NCBI GenBank assembly: GCA_900551885.1
Contig: URXS01000001.1
Location: forward strand, 720-64,719
From: an uncultured Oscillibacter sp.
GTDB lineage: Bacteria; Bacillota; Clostridia; Oscillospirales; Oscillospiraceae
Direction: 5' to 3'
DNA length: 64,000 nucleotides
The translations under genes and the position numbers were made by a program. Each line of letters begins with the position of its first letter. The first letter of the stretch is position 1. This document shows, one piece after another, positions 57,648 through 64,000 of this stretch. The notes under the pieces are model-generated. The model was not told where the DNA came from and ran no database searches. It saw only the letters and a list, made by a program, of their open reading frames with translations.

Positions 57648-57914
57648 TTAAGTCTGCATCTGTTTAACGGCCTGATTGACGCCGGTGGCCGCCAGGCCCG
57701 ACGCAATCCCTACTGCCGCTGCGGTGATGTAGTCCGTGGCCGGAAAATCCGGCATTAGGAACATACCGGCGATACCCAGGCCACAACCGCACACGCCGCA
57801 GATGATGGGGATCCACTTGTTGTCCAGGCCGGAGGCCTTGACGACCTGTCCGATCAGCAGGCAGATGACAGTGATGGCCGCCACGCCTGTGATGCCGAGA
57901 GACGAGATATCCAT
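57648..57914 (-). CDS. Phage holin
   Basis: 88 aa, hydrophobic, NKWIP and SGLAATG.NQ motifs; upstream of the lysin. Confidence 0.85.
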   Translation of the reverse strand: MDISSLGITGVAAITVICLLIGQVVKASGLDNKWIPIICGVCGCGLGIAGMFLMPDFPATDYITAAAVGIASGLAATGVNQAVKQMQT

Positions 57915-57925
57915 AAAGCGCCTCC

Positions 57926-58447
57926 TTACTGGTTGCGGTTGTGATCTTCGTCGTAATCCCGCATGGACACCGGCTCATAGGTGGCGTTGCCCTTATCGTC
58001 ATAACGATAGAGCAGCTTTCCTTTCTGTACCTTCCGGCCTGCATACTCCGGCCGGAACATCATACCCTTCTCGGGCTTGTACTTGTCCAGCTCCTGCTCC
58101 CAGGGCACGGCCCAGGCGGGGTCCTCTTCCGGCAGCCAGTCCGGCTTGGGATTGCCATAGGTGGGAGGATAGCCGGGGATCAGGGTCTCATTGTCGCCCT
58201 CTTCGGTGTGCCAGGCTTTGCCGTTATAGAGGACATAGTCTGTGGGGCGGGCACCGGCTGCCACCAGCTTGCCATTCTCCACCAGCACGATCATGCCGCT
58301 CCCGCCGGCGAAGAGGATAGCGTTGCCGTTGACGGCGCCGCCGGTCAGTCTGGTGTTGAGGCCCGCGGCCTCCAGGTCCGCGTTGATCTCGTCCAAGCTC
58401 TTCTTATCGTTCAGGCCTTCCAAAATCAAATCATCAGCAATCTTCAT
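57926..58447 (-). CDS. Hypothetical phage protein in the lysis cassette
   Basis: AAGGAG RBS; soluble acidic 173 aa protein. Confidence 0.7.
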   Translation of the reverse strand: MKIADDLILEGLNDKKSLDEINADLEAAGLNTRLTGGAVNGNAILFAGGSGMIVLVENGKLVAAGARPTDYVLYNGKAWHTEEGDNETLIPGYPPTYGNPKPDWLPEEDPAWAVPWEQELDKYKPEKGMMFRPEYAGRKVQKGKLLYRYDDKGNATYEPVSMRDYDEDHNRNQ

Positions 58448-58462
58448 ATGTATGTACTCCTT

Positions 58463-58789
58463 TCAAAATTCACAGCTTGCGCTGTTTTTTGCAATCTGTT
58501 CCCGCTCAAATTCCCGGAACTTTTTCATAGCCTTGTCGTACTGCTCGATTCCCGCTTCGATCTCCCCGTTGGGGCTGCCCCGCTTGATGGCCATGGCCAC
58601 GGCGTAGCTTAGCTGGGCGGTAGAAAGAAGCAGGGAGATCCGCAGCGTCTCCGATTTGATCCGTTCCCTTTCTGCTGTTCTCCGCTCGTCCTCCCTTCCC
58701 TTCTGCTGCTTGTTCCACAGCGCCATGATAACTCCCACAATGATCCCCGGCGCACAGGCCCACAAAAGGCGGGAGATAATCTCAGGCAA
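58463..58789 (-). CDS. Phage membrane protein (holin-associated)
   Basis: N-terminal TM segment then a charged helix; AAGGAG RBS with TTG start. Confidence 0.7.
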   Translation of the reverse strand: MPEIISRLLWACAPGIIVGVIMALWNKQQKGREDERRTAERERIKSETLRISLLLSTAQLSYAVAMAIKRGSPNGEIEAGIEQYDKAMKKFREFEREQIAKNSASCEF

Positions 58790-58805
58790 TCAAACCACTC
58801 TCCTT

Positions 58806-59000
58806 TCAATTTCCCGTAATCCCGTACTTTTCCAAAATCGGTCCACAGAGCGGGTCCTTCAGCAGATTCTTCACCTGACCAGGGGGCAGCGCCCCCAGCA
58901 GGACCATCAGATCATCGGCCTTCTCCGCGTTGGCCGCCACTGCCTTGTTATAGGTGACGATCCGCTCCAGCAGCTCAGGCCGTACCTTCTCCGGTTTCAT
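58806..59000 (-). CDS. Small phage protein
   Basis: GAGGA RBS; in series with the tail genes. Confidence 0.6.
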   Translation of the reverse strand: MKPEKVRPELLERIVTYNKAVAANAEKADDLMVLLGALPPGQVKNLLKDPLCGPILEKYGITGN

Positions 59001-59361
59001 TGGCCGGTTCCTCCTCTCCCGTGTAGCCCGTCAGGATCAGGTCCAGGGCCTCGCCCAGCTCCGCCGTGTCCGCCTCCAGGGTGGTCACCCGCTGGTCAAG
59101 GGTAGGTGCCGGCTCTCCCGGTTCCTCCGGCTCCTCCGTCTGTTCTGCCTTCCACGCCTCCCATGCCTCCAGATTCGGCGTCACCGTCACGCTGGATTCC
59201 TCGATCTCCGGGTCCGGCTCCCGGGTGATGGTCACAAAGCCGTTGTACTGCACCAGCGTATCCGCCTGGCTGTCCGTCAAAGGCAGACAGCCGGGGAACG
59301 GATTGCTCCGAGGCGCCGGATAGGCCCCGGAGACGTTTGGTATCGATCTCACATACTGCAT
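58975..59361 (-). CDS. Phage tail-associated protein (XkdW-like)
   Basis: AGGAGG RBS; PTLDQRVTTLE coiled-coil tail; follows the fibre gene. Confidence 0.6.
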   Translation of the reverse strand: MQYVRSIPNVSGAYPAPRSNPFPGCLPLTDSQADTLVQYNGFVTITREPDPEIEESSVTVTPNLEAWEAWKAEQTEEPEEPGEPAPTLDQRVTTLEADTAELGEALDLILTGYTGEEEPANETGEGTA

Positions 59362-59376
59362 AGTGCTCCTCCTCTC

Positions 59377-61248
59377 TTATCCGAATGCGACCACGTCGTA
59401 AATGGCCCCAGCGGCGTTCATCTGGTTGGCCGCGTTGGTAGAATACCAGGTCACGCCGTCATTTTCCCACGCCACCGTCAAGGCCGCACTGCCATTCATT
59501 TCCACGGTTCCGGGCCGGACCATCAGGATGGTGGTCCCGGTGTTACCAGAGGTCACGAAAACCGCCTGGGGCTTGAATGGGATTGCCAGCTCGTTCGGGT
59601 CACTACTCCCATAGGTGCCGGTGCCGGTATATCTCTCCACATAGATCTGTGCAGGAAATCCCATGACCTTATCCAGCGTCCGTCCGCCGGGCAGCCGCAC
59701 ACACTCCGCCAAGGTCTTGGGCCAGATGGTCTCTCCATTCTTGGTCAGTTCCGCCGGGCTCCCGGAGTTCGGGAAGGTCATCTTATCCTTGTGATATGTC
59801 CATATCCGCACAGAGCTCACGATCCCGCTTGTGGTCTCCACACTGGCCTCGATTACGATGGTGCCCTCTCCGTTGACCAGATCCAGAACCGGGATCGCTT
59901 CCGCCGTTCCGCTGACCACGTTGCCCTGGAAAATCAGCGCCCCATTGACCGTGGTCTTGACGCTGATCTGATTCCCAGTATCCGTGCTGATGGTGTAGGG
60001 CACATCATTGATCAGGGTCCCCAGGTCTCCGTCCTGCCCGGAAATCACCAGGGCGCTGGCGGAAACCACCGGGATGGACGAACTTGTTGAATACTCTCCA
60101 AATACTCCATCGGCGCCAGCTTTTACTCGATATTGAACGGAACTCCAACTTCCAGGTGTATCAGTGTAATTAACTGAACCTCCGCTGTAAATTTGAGTCC
60201 ATTCTCCGTTGTCTGCCTTGCGTTCCAAAACAAAATCTGTTGATGCATCACTGGCCATCCACAAAATATTGATTTCCTGGCCTTGCATAATAATGCTTGG
60301 AACCGTCAGATTTTTAATAACATACGGCAGAATTGTAACAACACTACTGGTTACAAAAGAACTGGTAAATCCAGCACCAGTTGAGGCAATCTGATACTCC
60401 ACTTCTGTCCATGTTGATAGTGCGATATCTTGATAAGAAGTATTTGTTCCCGTATAAACAGTTTGCCAGCTTCCACCATTGACTCTGCGTTTAAGAATGT
60501 ATCCGGTCTCGTTTGAGCCAACTCCCCATGATATCAGAATTGACGATCCGGCTGGAACAGGCGACGTTGGCACAGTAATAGATGTGGGCTCTGATGGTGC
60601 GAAATCTGCTGTTATATTATTATTGTTGTCAACAATGAGATCTTTCGGGCACACTATCGTAGGACGAATCCCTTGACTAGATGTTTTTGTCAACTCCGCT
60701 GGATCACCACTAGTTGTTATTGCGAAAGAATAAAACGTATATCTATCTGCGTTTACTTTTACTGGTGATCTCGTCCACCATGCAGTAGCGTTATTGTTGT
60801 AGTAAGCAATTCTTTTACTTGATTGAGCTCCTGAGAAATAGTTCAACGTAGCTCCATCACTTGGAGCGTTGGAGTCACTTTTTCCGAGTTCTTTTAGACT
60901 TAAAACAAAGATTTTACATTCTAACCCGTTTGATCCTGATTTTACCGATGTTCCATTGAAATATGGTATTTTTACAGTGTTTATCACATTTTGAATGTCA
61001 TCATCATATTTCGAGAACACGTTGTCTAGAAGGTATTGAGGAATCATACTTGTTGAATAGTCGTTATCCGCTGTCTCTCCAAACTTGTATTTGGAAAAAA
61101 GAGCATACCTTAAAAGCCAAGTTCCATCACAAGTTGTATGATAAATGCTTGACGGACGCCCTTGGTTAACGACAAGATAAGGTACACGAGTTCCTCCTTC
61201 ATTTAAGTACAGAGTTGTACCAACAGACACATCGCCCAGTTTTTTCAT
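59377..61248 (-). CDS. Tail fibre / receptor-binding protein: DUF6273-like domain, two FN3 repeats and C-terminal domain
   Basis: IFVLS..E, WWTRSP, GIRP motifs; two FN3-like repeats. Confidence 0.75.
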   Translation of the reverse strand: MKKLGDVSVGTTLYLNEGGTRVPYLVVNQGRPSSIYHTTCDGTWLLRYALFSKYKFGETADNDYSTSMIPQYLLDNVFSKYDDDIQNVINTVKIPYFNGTSVKSGSNGLECKIFVLSLKELGKSDSNAPSDGATLNYFSGAQSSKRIAYYNNNATAWWTRSPVKVNADRYTFYSFAITTSGDPAELTKTSSQGIRPTIVCPKDLIVDNNNNITADFAPSEPTSITVPTSPVPAGSSILISWGVGSNETGYILKRRVNGGSWQTVYTGTNTSYQDIALSTWTEVEYQIASTGAGFTSSFVTSSVVTILPYVIKNLTVPSIIMQGQEINILWMASDASTDFVLERKADNGEWTQIYSGGSVNYTDTPGSWSSVQYRVKAGADGVFGEYSTSSSIPVVSASALVISGQDGDLGTLINDVPYTISTDTGNQISVKTTVNGALIFQGNVVSGTAEAIPVLDLVNGEGTIVIEASVETTSGIVSSVRIWTYHKDKMTFPNSGSPAELTKNGETIWPKTLAECVRLPGGRTLDKVMGFPAQIYVERYTGTGTYGSSDPNELAIPFKPQAVFVTSGNTGTTILMVRPGTVEMNGSAALTVAWENDGVTWYSTNAANQMNAAGAIYDVVAFG

Positions 61249-61904
61249 CAGATCACTCCCTCGTTATAGGTCACCTGGATGGTGGTGGTCACCATGGTCT
61301 CCCGGATGTCCGGGTGGGCGGTGGTGTCCTCGTTGTGGACCTTCACGGCATTGTCAGCAGCCCCAGCAGGATCGTAGTTCATCTCTGGCAAATACTGCTC
61401 CGGTACCAGTCCGTCCTCCCCCAGGGGCGCCACGCCTCCCGGCGCGCCCTTTTCCACCAAGGGAATGAACACCAGGCCCTGGACGATCTCCCCGGTCACA
61501 TTGGCGTCCCCCGAAAACTGGAGTTGGGTACCGAAAACGAACTCCCGCAACTGCTCCGTTGCCGCCTGGATGAGTTCCCCATCCCCGAAAGCGTTGCCGT
61601 AGCACATCAGGATCTCCCCGGCCTCCGGGTCCTGGGCGAACAGTCCCAGCTCCTCAAAGGAGAAGGCCTCCCAGATCTCCTGGTTGGTGAACTGCCCCAG
61701 GATCAGGGCCTCCGTCCCCTGGTTTTCCACACTGGTGATGTCCAGGTACGCCACCGGCTCCACCAGGGCCGTCCGGTCCAGGCTGCTGCCGGCGGGCAGC
61801 GATCCCTTGCCGATCTGCCACCGGGTCACTGGCACGGCGTATCCCTCCGGAACCTTGGCCAGCAGCGCCGCCCCGGCGCTGGTCAGTACGATATTGGGAA
61901 TCAT
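61248..61904 (-). CDS. Phage tail-collar fibre protein
   Basis: LTSAGAALLAK, ELGLFAQDP, HNEDTTAHPDIR motifs. Confidence 0.75.
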   Translation of the reverse strand: MIPNIVLTSAGAALLAKVPEGYAVPVTRWQIGKGSLPAGSSLDRTALVEPVAYLDITSVENQGTEALILGQFTNQEIWEAFSFEELGLFAQDPEAGEILMCYGNAFGDGELIQAATEQLREFVFGTQLQFSGDANVTGEIVQGLVFIPLVEKGAPGGVAPLGEDGLVPEQYLPEMNYDPAGAADNAVKVHNEDTTAHPDIRETMVTTTIQVTYNEGVI

Positions 61905-62434
61905 GTGCAATCCACCTTCCAAATGATCTTGTCCCCCTGCCGGGGCAGGCACCCCACATACACCGGGCTTCCCCGGGTCTGCCGGTACCGGATGGCCCAG
62001 TCCAGATGGGCGGGCTTGAGCTCGTTGATGATGGACCGCAGCCCCGCCTCGTCGGCCACGGGCCCCACGGTGTCCGTGAACCACACCTCGAAGAAGTAGT
62101 CGGCATAGTGCTCCGCCACCTCCACAGGGCTTTCGTCAAAGGCCTGGGCCACGCTTTGAATCTTCTCCACCGTGGTCATACCCTGCCCCTTGATCTTGGC
62201 CAGAATGCGGCTGCGCCGCTGGGCCTCGGTCAGGGCCGGGTCATTGGGGATGCCGTAGGCCTCCTCCCACAGCTTCAGTCCCCACCCGCTGGTGGTGGAG
62301 GGGAACATCTGCTCCAGCGTGAAGTTCAGATCGCCCTGGGTCTGCTCCAGCAGGACCGTCAGCGCCCGCTGCAGCTCCTCGTCCTGGGGACTTCGTCCAT
62401 AGTGCCGGGGCAGCTCCTGGATCAGCGGCCTCAT
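61901..62434 (-). CDS. Baseplate protein YmfQ/DUF2313 (XkdU-like)
   Basis: WGLKLWE, RRSRILAK, ELKPAHL motifs. Confidence 0.85.
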   Translation of the reverse strand: MRPLIQELPRHYGRSPQDEELQRALTVLLEQTQGDLNFTLEQMFPSTTSGWGLKLWEEAYGIPNDPALTEAQRRSRILAKIKGQGMTTVEKIQSVAQAFDESPVEVAEHYADYFFEVWFTDTVGPVADEAGLRSIINELKPAHLDWAIRYRQTRGSPVYVGCLPRQGDKIIWKVDCT

Positions 62435-63522
62435 GTGACGCTCACCTCCCCCACGGTGGGCACGCTGCCCGCCGGGATGGTGATATCCACGGTTCCGCCG
62501 TTCACCGTCAGCGTGGTGAAGTTCTGCACCCCGTCGATGGTCAGCAGCAATGCCAGCACCCGGTTATAGTAGAGGGTGTAGGCTGTGTCCGATTCGGACA
62601 CGTAGTAGATGGTCTGATACTTCTGCTGGATCAGGGTCTTGCAGTAGTCTGCAAGCCGGGCTTCCAGCTCCGCCCGGACCGCTTCCACCGTGGTGCCGGA
62701 CACCACCACCGCCGCCGTTACCGAAATGGGCAGCTCCTCCGCCGCCTCCACGGTGATGGACGCCCCCACGGGGCGGTACTTCTGGATATTGGCCTCCACC
62801 GCCTCCAGGATCTCCTCCGAGGGAGCCTGGTAGTTGCTGTCCACGATGGTGACGCCCACGGTGCCCGGCCCGTCCGCCAGCTCCACCACCTTCACCTCGC
62901 CCACACCGGCCACCTCCAGACACCAGGCCCGGTAGTCCCAACCGTTGCCGCTGGTGTCCGGCCGCTTCCGGGCCTCGTCGATGCGCTTATACAGGGCCTC
63001 GTCGCTCTCGGTGTCCGTGCCCCCCTGGGCCTGATCGTTTGAAAAGCCGTCAAGGCCCACCAGGTTCACGTACATCTTGGAAAGGCTGCCGGGAGCGATG
63101 TTGTAGGCGCTGCCCTCCTCCGCCGCCTCCAGCTCTCCCACGGCGGTGCCGCCGCTGCCAATGGTCACGCTGGAGAGCAGGTAGAACTCCAGCCCCGTGC
63201 CGGTGAGGAACCGGGTCCCGGCCCGGATCACGGTGCCTGCCGCGCCGGTGAAGGTCACGGAGCACCGGGCCTTGGTGCCGGCCCGCCGGGTCAGGTTGAA
63301 GTAGTCGCCGCCCACCAGGTCCAAAAAGACGCCGCTGGAGGGGTCCACAAACAGCATGGAGGGCACCGCCCGCACCACCTGGTAAAATCCGCTCACCTGC
63401 CGGCACAAAGGGCCCGCCACGGCGTCGGCAAAGCTCCCTGCCATGGTGGAGATCCCCAGCGCCGACTGGATTTCCGACAGGACCTGTTCCTTCAGCTTCT
63501 GGGTGGTCATATCCTCAAACAT
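62431..63522 (-). CDS. Baseplate J/gp47 (XkdT-like)
   Basis: GGTDTESDE, SGNGWDY..W, GPGTV, RPVGA motifs. Confidence 0.9.
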   Translation of the reverse strand: MFEDMTTQKLKEQVLSEIQSALGISTMAGSFADAVAGPLCRQVSGFYQVVRAVPSMLFVDPSSGVFLDLVGGDYFNLTRRAGTKARCSVTFTGAAGTVIRAGTRFLTGTGLEFYLLSSVTIGSGGTAVGELEAAEEGSAYNIAPGSLSKMYVNLVGLDGFSNDQAQGGTDTESDEALYKRIDEARKRPDTSGNGWDYRAWCLEVAGVGEVKVVELADGPGTVGVTIVDSNYQAPSEEILEAVEANIQKYRPVGASITVEAAEELPISVTAAVVVSGTTVEAVRAELEARLADYCKTLIQQKYQTIYYVSESDTAYTLYYNRVLALLLTIDGVQNFTTLTVNGGTVDITIPAGSVPTVGEVSVT

Positions 63523-63928
63523 ACAGCCGCTCCTTTCCGTAGACGGTGGACAGCTCCACCTCCATGTGGAGGGTGCTGCCCTCAAAGCGCACATTGGTGG
63601 CCCGGACCTCCCGGATGTAGGGGGAGACCAACAGGGCCTCGGTCACGTACCGCTCCGCCTCGCTTTTCTTGGTCTCCGCCTGATAGGGCTGACCGATCAG
63701 GTTCTCCAGCTCACACCCGTAGCTCCAGGAGAAGCAGGGATAGCGGTACCGGGCCGTATCAATGGCCCGCCAGGCCCAGCCCTTCACCGCCTCCAGCCCG
63801 GTGACGAACACCGGATTGCCGCTCTCCCAGACCGGCTGTCCGGCCTCGTAATCCATCAGAACATCCCGGAAAAGGGGCAGTTCCCGCCTCTGAGCCGTGG
63901 GGGGCGTAAATTGCGGAAACAAACTCAT
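63515..63928 (-). CDS. DUF2634 (XkdS-like) baseplate protein
   Basis: EAVKGW, TARY, YGCELE.LIG, STVYG motifs. Confidence 0.85.
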   Translation of the reverse strand: MSLFPQFTPPTAQRRELPLFRDVLMDYEAGQPVWESGNPVFVTGLEAVKGWAWRAIDTARYRYPCFSWSYGCELENLIGQPYQAETKKSEAERYVTEALLVSPYIREVRATNVRFEGSTLHMEVELSTVYGKERLYV

Positions 63929-64000
63929 TTCAGCCGCACCACCTTGCAAATGAGATAATAGGCCTGCTCGTCCGCCGTCAGCAGCACTACCCGGTCCCCG
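63925..64000 (-). CDS. 3' end of a DUF2577-like phage gene (partial)
   Basis: Reads GDRVVLLTADEQAYYLICKVVRLK-stop; the stop overlaps the next ATG. Confidence 0.6.
   Translation of the reverse strand, partial: GDRVVLLTADEQAYYLICKVVRLK

Larger units (their letters stand above)
56093..64000 (-). mobile_element. Prophage end (lysis and contractile tail/baseplate module), continues past the window
   Basis: Co-oriented baseplate, tail fibre, holin and endolysin genes ending at the ssrA fragment. Confidence 0.9.

Noticed and set aside
59377..61248. Diversity-generating retroelement
   Set aside because: No reverse transcriptase or template/variable repeat pair seen in this window; it cannot be excluded beyond 64000

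Overview
GC-rich Firmicute chromosome; gene content and style suggest an Oscillospiraceae-like gut clostridium (inference). Left to right: Moco biosynthesis and molybdate uptake (moaA-moaC-MOSC-MoeA-like-modABC-mog); Rrf2 and DtxR regulators; a likely B12-capture pair converging on a split methionine synthase with metF; XRE, ECF sigma and anti-sigma genes; a MoxR-VWA pair; a ~17 kb LacI-type locus; a T-box-controlled leu operon; an ilv operon with two AHAS isozymes; a GntR/ABC operon; and the lysis/tail end of a contractile-tail prophage bounded by a displaced tmRNA 3' fragment. The best novel-system candidate is the 18.1-35.3 kb locus. It combines Pit and DUF47, LacI, four paralogous HAD hydrolases, a circularly permuted iPGM-like enzyme, an AfuABC/FbpABC-type importer and an ABC exporter pair, all tied by repeated AAACGTTT-core operators. 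A second highlight is an unannotated Ile/Leu/Val-rich leader peptide plus terminator upstream of ilvB. Family names come from recognising motifs by eye; no database searches were run.
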